Assembly: GCA_014874355.1 (NCBI GenBank)
Contig: JACWAJ010000048.1
Location: 1-62,552, forward strand
DNA length: 62,552 nt
Direction of reading: 5' to 3'
From: a bacterium
GTDB lineage: Bacteria; Chloroflexota; Dormibacteria; Aeolococcales; Aeolococcaceae
Both the position numbers and the translations under genes were made by a program. Below are positions 38,095-47,680 of this stretch, one piece after another. A model generated the notes under the pieces. The model worked only from the letters and a program-made list of their open reading frames with translations. It had not been told where the DNA came from and ran no database searches. Every line of letters starts with the position of its first letter. Within the stretch, counting starts at the first letter, position 1.

Positions 38095-39531
38095 TTAGGT
38101 TTCTGTTGCCTGGCTGTCTTCGAGTACGGCCAAGCTGTTCCAAAAGCGCCACCTCGCCAGCAATGCGAATCCGAGCAGCAGGATGCCCAGACCCATGAGC
38201 ACTCTGTCCACATGGAAGATGTCGGCCAGGCCGCCGGCCAGCAGTAGCGGCAGGGCGACAGACGCATTGATTACGGTGAATATGCCGCCAAAAATCCGGC
38301 CGCGTGTTTCCTCAGTGGTTCGTTCCTGGAGCACGGTGAATCCGGGGATGAGCAAGCAGCCGAGCGCACACCCGAAAACCACCGCCAGCAGTACCACCAT
38401 GGGCACGAAGAGACTCTCCAACTGGACGGCACGCAACAGAGTTGGGCCGAGGCCGATCCCCAGCAGCGTCCCTCCTGCCGTTCCCACCGCGCCCACCAAG
38501 AGCCGTGCTCGCGAGGTGTGCCGTCCCTTTTGGCCCAGGAACCCGGCGGTGGCGATCATGCCCAATGTTGCCGGGAGCAGGACAATGTAGATGTCGTCGG
38601 GCGATCGCTGCAGAACCGTCGTCATGTAGGCAGGGCCAAGTGCGAAGAGGGTGAATACGATCACCAGCGAGAGTGTCAACTCGGCCATGCCTAGACGTAG
38701 CGCGGTGCTGCCGGCAAGAATGGCGATTCCCTCACGCAGTTCGCGGATGATGTGGGGACTGGGCGCTCCCGAAGTTTGTTCCGCACGCAGATTGGTGCGT
38801 ACCTTCCATATCCAGTAGGCGGCCATCACGAATAGTCCTGTTGCGACGTAGAAAGGCACCTCCGTGCCGAAGAAAGCACTCACCAGAGTGGCCGCGGGCA
38901 CCCCGACAACCAGCGTGACAATCACCGTGGTGATGAAGAGCGAGGTGGCGCTGGTGATCTGCTCACGTGCCACCAGTGAAGGGATGCTGGCGGCTTCGGC
39001 GGGAGCGAAGACCTGCCCTGCGGCACTGAAGAGCAAGGTCACCACGATGGGAAGCCATACCTGTTCTGCCATTCCGGGGATGTGGGCGCTGATGGGAATG
39101 ATCAGTATCAGAGCGGCGCGGATGAGATTGCAGTAGAGCATGAGGGGACGCTTGTCGTGGCGGTCGGCGTAGACCCCCGCCGGTGCGCTCAGGAACACAC
39201 TGGGAAGCGTGTAGGCGATCATGAGTAGTGACGGCAACAGCGCCAGCTTGCTCAGCGTGTAGACGTAGAGCAGCAGCGTGTACATGAGGAATTTATCGGC
39301 CAGTTGCGAGGTGACCTGAGCGGCCCAGAGGTTGCGGAAGTCGGCGTGGGCCAGGACGGCCAGAAATCCGTGGCCGGCTTCTTGTGGGTGCAGCACTCCA
39401 GCCGGTGCTGCATGGAGCGGCATTGCCGCCACCGGTAGCCTTTTTAGCACCGGTGCCCGACCATTGGCTGGTGGTGTCGGCGGCTTGAGGGTTGTGGTTT
39501 TGTGGCGCAGCTTGGGTCTGACGTCAGTCAT
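38095..39531 (-). CDS. MFS transporter
   Basis: 478 aa with about 12 TM spans, and a YADRHDKRPLM motif between TM2 and TM3. Confidence 0.8.
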   Translation of the reverse strand: MTDVRPKLRHKTTTLKPPTPPANGRAPVLKRLPVAAMPLHAAPAGVLHPQEAGHGFLAVLAHADFRNLWAAQVTSQLADKFLMYTLLLYVYTLSKLALLPSLLMIAYTLPSVFLSAPAGVYADRHDKRPLMLYCNLIRAALILIIPISAHIPGMAEQVWLPIVVTLLFSAAGQVFAPAEAASIPSLVAREQITSATSLFITTVIVTLVVGVPAATLVSAFFGTEVPFYVATGLFVMAAYWIWKVRTNLRAEQTSGAPSPHIIRELREGIAILAGSTALRLGMAELTLSLVIVFTLFALGPAYMTTVLQRSPDDIYIVLLPATLGMIATAGFLGQKGRHTSRARLLVGAVGTAGGTLLGIGLGPTLLRAVQLESLFVPMVVLLAVVFGCALGCLLIPGFTVLQERTTEETRGRIFGGIFTVINASVALPLLLAGGLADIFHVDRVLMGLGILLLGFALLARWRFWNSLAVLEDSQATET

Positions 39532-40384
39532 GCCCTGAACTCCTTGCCGCTACCACACGAGCGAGAGTACGCCACCCGTCAAGATCGAGGGTTCCCGGCC
39601 GGCTTTTCACATCGATCCCGGCCCGCTCCAGCACCTCCGAAGCCGCATCGACATCGCCACCCAGGGCATGGGCGACGCCATGGCGGAGGATCTTACGGCG
39701 CATCTGGAAAACGCTACGGGCCAGTTGCAACACCAGTTCGCGGTCGGCCGTGCCGAAGCTCTGGTTCGGTGTCAGCCGGATGATGCTGGAGTGAACCTCC
39801 GGTGCCGGATGGAAGCTCTCGGGCCGAACATCGCCGATTCGCTCCACGTCGGCAATGCTGCGAATCGCGACAGTTGCCAGGCTCCAATCGCCGCCCTTTG
39901 CAGCCAGCCGGAGGGCAACCTCACGTTGCACCAGGAACACGCCTCTTAGGGGCGGCGAGGGTAGTTCGAAGAAGCGACTGAGCAGCCTGCCCGTCAAATG
40001 ATAGGGCAGGTTGCCGCAGATGAGCCACCCGGAGGCTGGGAGACCCAGGCGTGCCAGGTCCACGGTCATGGCATCGGCCTCGACAACCTCCACATTGGCG
40101 CAGTGGCGCTGGGTTATCCGAGTGGCGGCCGCACACGGAGGATCGATCTCGATGGCCACAACCCGCGCGGCTGCCGCCGCCAGTTCGCCGGTCAAAGTGC
40201 CGATTCCCGGGCCGATTTCTACGACGGTGTCTGCCGCCGATGCGGCCAGGGCTCCAACTATGGTGTCGAGGGCTTCGCGATCCACCAAGAAGTTCTGGCC
40301 CAGTCTCGCCTTGGCGTCGAGGCCCATCCGTCGCGACACAGCGCGCAAGGTCGCCGGGTTGCAGAGGTCCAGTTTGCCTGCCAT
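39524..40384 (-). CDS. rsmA: 16S rRNA (adenine1518/1519-N6)-dimethyltransferase
   Basis: LGQNFLVD, the SAM motif VVEIGPGIGTLT, and GNLPY. Confidence 0.9.
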   Translation of the reverse strand: MAGKLDLCNPATLRAVSRRMGLDAKARLGQNFLVDREALDTIVGALAASAADTVVEIGPGIGTLTGELAAAAARVVAIEIDPPCAAATRITQRHCANVEVVEADAMTVDLARLGLPASGWLICGNLPYHLTGRLLSRFFELPSPPLRGVFLVQREVALRLAAKGGDWSLATVAIRSIADVERIGDVRPESFHPAPEVHSSIIRLTPNQSFGTADRELVLQLARSVFQMRRKILRHGVAHALGGDVDAASEVLERAGIDVKSRPGTLDLDGWRTLARVVAARSSGHD

Positions 40385-40389
40385 GTCAG

Positions 40390-41199
40390 TCAGCGCAGCA
40401 TGTCGTCGCCGGGCAGGGCGAACAGCCGCTGCGCGGTGGCCGTCGCCAGCCGGCGCGTGATGTCAATGTCCGAATTGCGAAGCCGGGCCACCTCAGCCGT
40501 TGTGGTGGCGACGTAGCCGGGCAGGTTGGCCTTACCGCGATACGGCACCGGCGCCAGGAAGGGCGCATCCGTCTCAACCGTGAACTCCGTGTCGCCCAGT
40601 GTCTGCAAAGCCGCCTGTATGGACTCGCTGCGGTTGAACGTGATCGTGCCGGAGAACGAAATCACATAGCCGAGCGCCACACACTGCTTGGCGAAACCGG
40701 CATCGCCTGAGAAGCAATGCATGACCCCCGATACCCCGGGATGAGCCCGCATTACGTCGAGGATCTGCGAGTGCGCATCGCGGTCGTGGAGGATCACGGG
40801 TTTGGAATGCGTCTCGGCCAGTTCGAACATGGCGTGGAGTCCGGCGACTTGAACCTCGAGTGGGGTTTCGTGGTACCCCGGTCGGAAGTAGAGGTCGAGC
40901 CCGATCTCACCGACGGCGACCGCTCGAGGATGCTCGAGCAGGGAGTCCAGCGCGCGCAACTGAGCCGGATCGGGCACGTGCGGTTCATGGGGGTGCCAGC
41001 CAACTCCAAAGAAGACCCCCGGATAGGCTTCACTGAGCTTGCGGCTGTGGTCGGAGTCCTCGACGTTGAGGCCGGGACTGACAACTTGGCACACCTCCGC
41101 ATCGGTGCAACTCTGCAATGCGGCGTCGAGAAGGCCCCGCTCGTCGAGGATGGTTAGATGGCAGTGAGCGTCCACCAGAGCATCATCGCCCGTGTTCAT
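40390..41199 (-). CDS. tatD: TatD-family metal-dependent hydrolase/DNase
   Basis: LVDAHCHL, GEIGLD, HDRDAH and SGVMHCFSG. ATG 41199 is preceded by AGGGGAGAGG. The maximal ORF starts at GTG 41223. Confidence 0.85.
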   Translation of the reverse strand: MNTGDDALVDAHCHLTILDERGLLDAALQSCTDAEVCQVVSPGLNVEDSDHSRKLSEAYPGVFFGVGWHPHEPHVPDPAQLRALDSLLEHPRAVAVGEIGLDLYFRPGYHETPLEVQVAGLHAMFELAETHSKPVILHDRDAHSQILDVMRAHPGVSGVMHCFSGDAGFAKQCVALGYVISFSGTITFNRSESIQAALQTLGDTEFTVETDAPFLAPVPYRGKANLPGYVATTTAEVARLRNSDIDITRRLATATAQRLFALPGDDMLR

Positions 41200-41215
41200 C
41201 GGGACCGCCTCTCCC

Positions 41216-41896
41216 CTACTCACCAGGTATCACCACTGTGCATTCCCCACGCGGTGGCGTGGCTGTGAATGCGGTCGCCAGTTCTCCGGCCGTGCCCTCA
41301 TGCCACGTCTCGTGGAGTTTGGTCAGTTCTCGTGCGACCACGATCTTGCGGTCACCGGTCACCTCGGCCAGATGCGAAAGCGTTTTGGCGAGGCGCTGGA
41401 TGGCCTCGAAGAAGACGACAGGGTCTTGAGTTTCGAGGGCCGCGGCAACCCGCCGGCGTAACTTGCCTGGCGTGCGCGGCAGGAAGCCCAGAAAGGTGAA
41501 GGCACCGCCACCAAAACCGCAACCGGCCAGTGCCGTGGTAACCGCGGAGGGGCCGGGTACCACCACAACCTCCAACCCGGCGCTGCGGACGGCTTGCACC
41601 GTCGCCGTACCGGGATCGCTGATGCCGGGCATGCCGGCATCCGTGCACAACGCCACACGCTCCCCTGCTGCGACGCGATCGACAATCTCATCCAGCCGGC
41701 GCCTTTCGGCAAACGCCGGCAACGACCGGGTCGGCTTGGAGAGATTGTGAAAAGTCAGGAGCGCGCGGGTTCGCCGCGTGTCCTCGGTAAATACGATATC
41801 GGCGGCGCCGAGCGTATGCAGTGCCCGTAACGTGATATCCTGAAGGTTGCCGATCGGTGTGCCCACGATGTACAGGCCGGGCGGCAGCAAATCCAT
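41216..41896 (-). CDS. rsmI: 16S rRNA (cytidine1402-2'-O)-methyltransferase
   Basis: LYIVGTPIGNLQDITLRAL..L...D.I..EDTR, a tetrapyrrole-methylase fold. ATG 41896 overlaps the nadE stop. Confidence 0.85.
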   Translation of the reverse strand: MDLLPPGLYIVGTPIGNLQDITLRALHTLGAADIVFTEDTRRTRALLTFHNLSKPTRSLPAFAERRRLDEIVDRVAAGERVALCTDAGMPGISDPGTATVQAVRSAGLEVVVVPGPSAVTTALAGCGFGGGAFTFLGFLPRTPGKLRRRVAAALETQDPVVFFEAIQRLAKTLSHLAEVTGDRKIVVARELTKLHETWHEGTAGELATAFTATPPRGECTVVIPGE

Positions 41897-42744
41897 CAGT
41901 TCCCCCAATCGCGGGGGTAGCGGAAATCGCGGTCGATGGTGCGCACGCCCAGTTTCGCAATGAGTGGCGGCCGCCGTTTGTACTGCGAAACCCGCACCTT
42001 CTGGCAAACCTCGTCGATGAACTCGCAGTTGAAACCCAGTTCGGCAAGCTCTTCGGGCGTCCGGCGTTCGTCGACCATGTGGTACAGCAGGTTGTCGACC
42101 GCCGCGTAGCCAAACCCCAGTTCCGCCTCGTCGGATTGCCCCTCCCAGAGGTCGGCCGATGGTGGCTTGTCGATGATATGGACCGGCAGATCGAGAGCTC
42201 GCGCCAGCATGAAAATCTGAGTCTTGTAGAGGTCGCCAAGCGGGTTGAGCGCGCTGACCATGTCACCGTGGATCGTGCCGTAGCCAAGCAGCAACTCGGT
42301 CTTATTGGAAGTCCCGGCCACGAGCGCGCGGTGCGACCAGGAAAAGTCGTAAAGAATCGTCATCCGTTCTCGGGCCATCTTGTTGCCGCGACGGCCCCGG
42401 TCGGCATCGGGATGCGCTGCGAAGTAGGCGTCGATCTGGGGCGAGATGTCAGAGACGGTCGGTGTCATTCCCAGCGCCTCGCAAACGTGCCTCGCATCCG
42501 CCTCTGACCGGGGGCTGCTCGTGCGGTACGGCATGATCACGGGGATGACGTGGTCGGCCCCGAGCGCACGGCACGCCAGCGCCGCGGTCAGCGCCGAATC
42601 GACCCCGCCCGAGAGTCCCAATACCACGCGGTCGAAACCGACCTTGTGAACCTCGTCATGGAGGAAGCCGACAAGGATCTCGGTGACAACCTCGGTATCA
42701 ATTGCGAGCGTGTCGAATGCGGTCGGTTTCGGCGTCGTTGACAT
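41896..42744 (-). CDS. nadE: NAD+ synthetase, synthetase (N-type ATP-PPase) subunit
   Basis: The P-loop SGGVDSA ([16 protein letters not shown]), and NK.E...GY.T..GD. The start is ATG 42744 (MSTTPKP...), which overlaps the upstream CN-hydrolase gene by 47 nt. Confidence 0.9.
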   Translation of the reverse strand: MSTTPKPTAFDTLAIDTEVVTEILVGFLHDEVHKVGFDRVVLGLSGGVDSALTAALACRALGADHVIPVIMPYRTSSPRSEADARHVCEALGMTPTVSDISPQIDAYFAAHPDADRGRRGNKMARERMTILYDFSWSHRALVAGTSNKTELLLGYGTIHGDMVSALNPLGDLYKTQIFMLARALDLPVHIIDKPPSADLWEGQSDEAELGFGYAAVDNLLYHMVDERRTPEELAELGFNCEFIDEVCQKVRVSQYKRRPPLIAKLGVRTIDRDFRYPRDWGN

Positions 42745-43570
42745 CGTGGCGTTCATCTCGCAGCAAAGGGTTGGCGATACGTGAGCGGCGCAGTGCCGCC
42801 AGTTCCAATCGTCCGAAGAGCAGGGTTTCCTCGCGGGGTGCCGGCTCGCACAGTGGCAGCCCATCGGGTCCGACAATGTGCGAACCACCCCAGAAGGCTA
42901 CGCCATCCTCGTAACCGACACGGTTCACGTGGATGAGATAGGCAGTGAAGAGTGCAGCATACGTTCGGGTCATCGCATCGTAGCTGCGGGCTGTTCCGAG
43001 CGCAGTGCCGCGCCCGACGCCACGTACTGGCGACGCCGACGGACAGAGGAACATGTCCACCCCCTGACGCGCCAGCTGGGTAACGGCGCTCGGGTGCCAC
43101 ATGTCCTCGCAGATGAGTGCCCCGGCCCGCCAAGGTCGCAACGGTTCGCCTTTGCGCAGCGGTGCCGCGAAGGCCCGGAAACTATCCCCATGAGCAAAGT
43201 ACCGCGCCTCGTCGAAGAGGCCGTAGGTGGGGAGGTACACTTTGCGGTGGACGTGGTGGACGCGACCGCCACTCAGATAGATCGCGGCATTGTAGAAGCG
43301 CGAGTCGTCGGTCTCCAAGACGCATCCGACCAGCGCGTCGACATCGGTGCAGGCGGCGGCCAGGGTTTGGAGTTCAGCGGAGTTACGGCGAAGCGCCACG
43401 TCGGGGACGAGGTCCTTGAGGAAGTACCCCGTGAGCGACAGCTCCGGGAACACCACCAGCGAAGCCTCACCGCGAGCCGCCTCGGCGATCATCTCGAGGT
43501 GACGTGGCAGGTTGGCCTCGACGTCTCCAAGTCGGGGCGCCACCTGCGCCAGGGCGACAACTGTTGTCAT
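42698..43570 (-). CDS. Carbon-nitrogen hydrolase family protein (probable glutaminase partner of NadE)
   Basis: Glu-Lys-Cys triad contexts are present: [20 protein letters not shown] and [10 protein letters not shown]. Confidence 0.85.
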   Translation of the reverse strand: MTTVVALAQVAPRLGDVEANLPRHLEMIAEAARGEASLVVFPELSLTGYFLKDLVPDVALRRNSAELQTLAAACTDVDALVGCVLETDDSRFYNAAIYLSGGRVHHVHRKVYLPTYGLFDEARYFAHGDSFRAFAAPLRKGEPLRPWRAGALICEDMWHPSAVTQLARQGVDMFLCPSASPVRGVGRGTALGTARSYDAMTRTYAALFTAYLIHVNRVGYEDGVAFWGGSHIVGPDGLPLCEPAPREETLLFGRLELAALRRSRIANPLLRDERHDVNDAETDRIRHARN

Positions 43571-46341
43571 GCGGGTTCCTCATGGTGAGATGCGTTGACG
43601 GCATCTACCTTAGCCATAACCACAGCTCCGTCGGGAACCTGGCCGCGTTCGACGAATTCCCCCACAGCTTCGGCCACGCCGGCGACAGGCAGCCGCGCGA
43701 CGGCTGACGGCGGCAGTGATTCAAGAAACGTGCGGGCATAATCACGGCTCTCCAACCGGACGTCGCCAATGATGACGGCGCCTCGGTCGCCGCGCCGCCG
43801 GACGAGGCGGCCAAAGCCCTGCTTGAGGCGCAGCACGGCCAGCGGCAAGATGTAGTCGCGGAAGGGGTCTCGCAGATTGGCGATGCGTGCCTGCACCAGG
43901 GGGTCGGAGGGCACTGCAAACGGCAGCTTGGCGATGACGACGCATCGCAACGCATCGCCGGGTATGTCGATGCCCTCCCAAAAGCTGGTCGTTCCCAGCA
44001 ACACCGTGCGCGGGTGGTCCAGGAAGCTGTGGAGCACCTGGCGGCGCGTGCCGTCGAGGCCCTGACCAAGCACCGCAATGCCCTCGCCCCCAAGCCTGCG
44101 GTCGAGGATACTGTGCACGCGCCGCAACGGACCGTAGCCGGTGAATAGGGCGAGAGTGCGCCCTCCGAGACGTATGGCGACATCGCCGATGAGCCTTGCC
44201 ATGGCATCGTCGTAGTGAGCCTGCGCATAGTCCGGCATGTCGGTCGGCACCACAGACAGCGCTTGGCCGAGGTAGTCGAAGGGGGATGCCAGCGCCAGCT
44301 CATCAGCGCCGCCACCAATGCCGAGCCGGCTGCGGATAAAACCGAAACTGCCCGCCACCGCCAGGGTCGCCGAGGTGAGCACAACCGCATCGACCTTGTC
44401 GAAGACACTGTCACGCAACTGGTTGGAGACGCTCACGGGAGCCTCATGCAGTTCTGCCTGCTCGGCGCGCAACTCCAGCCAGCTCACAAAACCCTCGCGG
44501 GGCGTGATGATGACGCTTTCGATGATGGTGGCGGCTTCCAACAATGCCCAAGCCACCTGCTGCGCCTCTTCGCTGCACCTCTCCGGTTCGGGTAACGCGG
44601 ACGTGTCGATTTCTGGGAGCGCTTCGTTGGTGAGGCTCTCTTCGGCAGAACGTAATGCAGCGCTGGCCAGGCGTGCAGAGCGCACTACACCCCGGCTGGC
44701 CGGATCGCTGCGCAACTCCTCAATCCAGGCAAGCGTTGTGTTGGCGGAGCTGTCATTGCCCTGGCGTGCGGCCACCAACCCTTTGATGTCGCCAAAGAGG
44801 CGCGTCGTTGCATCCAGTGCCGATTTCATGAGCCCGTATGCCGACGAACCTTCACGCATGGGGAGCCGGTTCAATAACTCCAGCACATCAGCAGCCCGCA
44901 GTTGAGCCCCGAGTTGCTGGGTTGCCACCTCCTCCAGATGGTGAGCCTCATCGACAACCAGGGCGCTGTAGTGATCGAGAACGGTTCCCTGTCGCTCAGC
45001 ATCGGCCAGCAGCAGGGCGTGATTGGTGACCACGACATCCGCCTGTGACGCGGTGCGTCGGGCCGCCACCATGAAGCATCGCGCCGTATTCCAATTGGCG
45101 CAGGCACTGCCCAGGCAGTCGCCGGCGTCGGATTGGACCTGTCTCCAAAGCGACTCCTCGGCACCGTTCAGGTGCAACTCGCTGCGGTCGCCACTTCTTG
45201 TACCGGAGAGCCAGACCAGCAACTTCAAGTTGAAACGAAGGCTGTCTCTGCCCCCATCGGGGTTGACCATGAGGCGTTGCCAGCGGCGCAAACTCAGGTA
45301 GTGCTGGCGACCCTTGAGCATCGCCACCGCCAGTGGCTTACCGAGCGCCCCTGCGACTTTCTGGATGTCACGTTCGGCAAGCTGCTCTTGAAGCGTGATG
45401 GTGTAGGTGGCCACGACGCCACGCTCGCCACTGCGCTGCACGTGCAGCAGCAGCGGGGCCAGGTAGGCGTAGGACTTGCCGATGCCGGTTCCCGCTTCGA
45501 TCAGCAGACGGCCCGACCGCTGGAGCGTCTGCCCTACCGCTCGTGCCATCTCCAACTGGGCATCCCGGTACTCGTAACCGTCGTCATCAAAGGGTCCGCC
45601 GGGTCCAAGTAGCTTCGCCGCATCACCGCCGACATCCCCAGGAGGCTGGGGCACGCGCAGCGGGCCCAGCGGAGGCACGAGGCCGCCGGGTAGGTCGACG
45701 GCGGCGGTATCGCCAGGGCCCTGTGCCACGGCGGTGAAGAAGTCGTGAAGCGAGCTCCGCACCGAGGTGAGCCGGGCGCGTATCTGGGCCAGCACACCGG
45801 CGGGCAGCTTCCCGGTCAGGCCGATAAGGTGGGTGAAGAGCACGCGTGTGGCGTCGGCATCGCTCAGTGCCCGATGCGGACGGTCGTGGGCAATGCCGAG
45901 GTAGGTGGTGAGTTGCGGCAGGCTGTGCGATGGTGCCGCCGGCATGAGGATTCGTGCCAGTTCGAGGGTGTCGTAGGCCTCGCGCTTGGTAAAGACCTGG
46001 GGAAGTACCGCGGCGCAATATGCAAGGTCGAAAGCGGCACCGTGGGCTACGAGAGAGGCACCTGCCGCAAACTCCGCAAGCTGGCCGACGGCCTCGCTCG
46101 GACTCGGAGCACCCCGTACGTCGGCATCGGTGAGACCGACCAACCGCTGGATGGCCAGTGGAATGGGCATCCCCGGATCCACGACGACCTCGAATTCACC
46201 GAGAACCCTGCCGGTGACATCGAAGCGCACCGCTCCAACCTCGATGATCCGATCGACCATGACGGAGAGACCGGTGGTTTCCAGGTCGAACGCAACAAAC
46301 TCCGCAGACACCATCAAAGGATTGTACGGGGCTGCCTTCAC
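43567..46341 (-). CDS. dinG: DnaQ-like 3'-5' exonuclease fused to a DinG/XPD-family helicase
   Basis: The N-terminus has FVAFDLETTGL (Exo I), ...AHGAAFDL (Exo II) and H....DADAT (Exo III). The helicase part has Walker A EAGTGIGKS and the DEAH box VVDEAHHLE. 924 aa. Confidence 0.85.
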   Translation of the reverse strand: MKAAPYNPLMVSAEFVAFDLETTGLSVMVDRIIEVGAVRFDVTGRVLGEFEVVVDPGMPIPLAIQRLVGLTDADVRGAPSPSEAVGQLAEFAAGASLVAHGAAFDLAYCAAVLPQVFTKREAYDTLELARILMPAAPSHSLPQLTTYLGIAHDRPHRALSDADATRVLFTHLIGLTGKLPAGVLAQIRARLTSVRSSLHDFFTAVAQGPGDTAAVDLPGGLVPPLGPLRVPQPPGDVGGDAAKLLGPGGPFDDDGYEYRDAQLEMARAVGQTLQRSGRLLIEAGTGIGKSYAYLAPLLLHVQRSGERGVVATYTITLQEQLAERDIQKVAGALGKPLAVAMLKGRQHYLSLRRWQRLMVNPDGGRDSLRFNLKLLVWLSGTRSGDRSELHLNGAEESLWRQVQSDAGDCLGSACANWNTARCFMVAARRTASQADVVVTNHALLLADAERQGTVLDHYSALVVDEAHHLEEVATQQLGAQLRAADVLELLNRLPMREGSSAYGLMKSALDATTRLFGDIKGLVAARQGNDSSANTTLAWIEELRSDPASRGVVRSARLASAALRSAEESLTNEALPEIDTSALPEPERCSEEAQQVAWALLEAATIIESVIITPREGFVSWLELRAEQAELHEAPVSVSNQLRDSVFDKVDAVVLTSATLAVAGSFGFIRSRLGIGGGADELALASPFDYLGQALSVVPTDMPDYAQAHYDDAMARLIGDVAIRLGGRTLALFTGYGPLRRVHSILDRRLGGEGIAVLGQGLDGTRRQVLHSFLDHPRTVLLGTTSFWEGIDIPGDALRCVVIAKLPFAVPSDPLVQARIANLRDPFRDYILPLAVLRLKQGFGRLVRRRGDRGAVIIGDVRLESRDYARTFLESLPPSAVARLPVAGVAEAVGEFVERGQVPDGAVVMAKVDAVNASHHEEPA

Positions 46342-47009
46342 TCCACCCGGGGAGCAGCCGCGCCAACCCGTGCCGCCGACGTGAATACGCCTCTATATGC
46401 GTGCGGCAGCATCTCCGCAATCCTCCACACCATGAGGTCGGTGGTCGCCTGGTGTGAGAGCTTGCCATCTGCCGCGTCGACCTCTGGAACCTCGAAGGGT
46501 TCGCCGAAGCGGATGTGGACGTGGTTCCGGTGGGGTCGCCTGGCTCCCTTGGGTAGGACGTTCTCGGTACCCCAGATTGCGACCGGGACGATCGGCACCC
46601 GAGCGTGTCGGGCCAGGAAACCGATCCCGGCTTGAGGGTGAGTCAGTGTCGCGTCTGGCGAGCGCGACCCTTCTGGGTAGACGACCAGGACGTGGCCGTC
46701 TTTCAGAATCTGGATGCTGCGGCGTAACGCGGTACGGTCGGCGCTACCGCGCACCACGGGAAATGCGTGGTATGCGCGACACAGCCAGTTCATTCCCCGG
46801 CTCGAGAAGTTCTCGGCCTTGGCCATGTAGTACACGTCGAGCCGGCGGATCATAGCCCCGGTGAGCGGCGGATCGACAGTCGCGATGTGGTTGCCGATGA
46901 CCAGCACCCCGCCATGCTGGGGCACGTTGTGGACGCCCTCGACGTGTAGCTTGCGAAAGAGGATCGTGGCGGCCAGCAAGCGCATCGTCTGGCGCAGCAG
47001 CGCGTACAT
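46338..47009 (-). CDS. plsC: 1-acyl-sn-glycerol-3-phosphate acyltransferase family protein
   Basis: H-x4-D motif (NHIATVDP) and a YPEGSRS block. Confidence 0.85.
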   Translation of the reverse strand: MYALLRQTMRLLAATILFRKLHVEGVHNVPQHGGVLVIGNHIATVDPPLTGAMIRRLDVYYMAKAENFSSRGMNWLCRAYHAFPVVRGSADRTALRRSIQILKDGHVLVVYPEGSRSPDATLTHPQAGIGFLARHARVPIVPVAIWGTENVLPKGARRPHRNHVHIRFGEPFEVPEVDAADGKLSHQATTDLMVWRIAEMLPHAYRGVFTSAARVGAAAPRVE

Positions 47010-47680
47010 CAGACAATTCCGATTGAGACGCAGATGCGCATCGCGTACGCGAAGGCCGCATCTGCATCCAGTGCTCCAGTGTCGATGACGTGGGAGTCGG
47101 CAGCCCGTCGCATCGACGGCGCATCGAGCTTGTCGCGGCCATGGACGTCATCCATAACCGCAAGCGCGTCGACACTCTCACCGTCAGCGCGTAGCTGCGC
47201 TTCACGGCGTTGCAGGCGAACGGCACTGGCCGCTTCGAGATAAAACTTTGCCGTGGCTTTTGGAAAGATGACGGTGCCGCAGTCCCGCCCCACCGCCACC
47301 GCACCGGCGCGACCGAGATTCCGCTGGACTGGCAGCAATAGCTCTCGAACCTCGGGGATCTGGCTCAGCGTCGAAAGCAGGATGGCGTGGGCGGGATCAC
47401 GCAGTAGCAGGCCCGCGTCCAGGCCATCGACGGTGACGCACCCCTCCATCGCGGCTTCGGGATCGGTGTTCACGCCAAGTTCGGTGTCCCGCGCCAGTTC
47501 GATTAGACGACCGCGCTCGCGAACACCAACACCGGCACGCACTGCGGCGACCATGACGCCGCGATAGATCAGTCCGGTGTCCACCAACGGCAGGTGGAAA
47601 GCCAGTGCCAAACGGCGTCCGAGAGTTGTCTTGCCACTACCCGCTGCGCCATCGACGGTGATGAGCAGAGGCGTGATCAT
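47009..47680 (-). CDS. cmk: Cytidylate kinase
   Basis: ITVDGAAGSGKTTLGRRLA, and GRDCGTVIFP. Confidence 0.9.
   Translation of the reverse strand: MITPLLITVDGAAGSGKTTLGRRLALAFHLPLVDTGLIYRGVMVAAVRAGVGVRERGRLIELARDTELGVNTDPEAAMEGCVTVDGLDAGLLLRDPAHAILLSTLSQIPEVRELLLPVQRNLGRAGAVAVGRDCGTVIFPKATAKFYLEAASAVRLQRREAQLRADGESVDALAVMDDVHGRDKLDAPSMRRAADSHVIDTGALDADAAFAYAMRICVSIGIV

Noticed and set aside
37578-38198. 206-aa plus-strand ORF spanning the tRNA-Val gene.
   Set aside because: It overlaps a canonical tRNA on the opposite strand and the zinc-ribbon ORF. It has no motifs.
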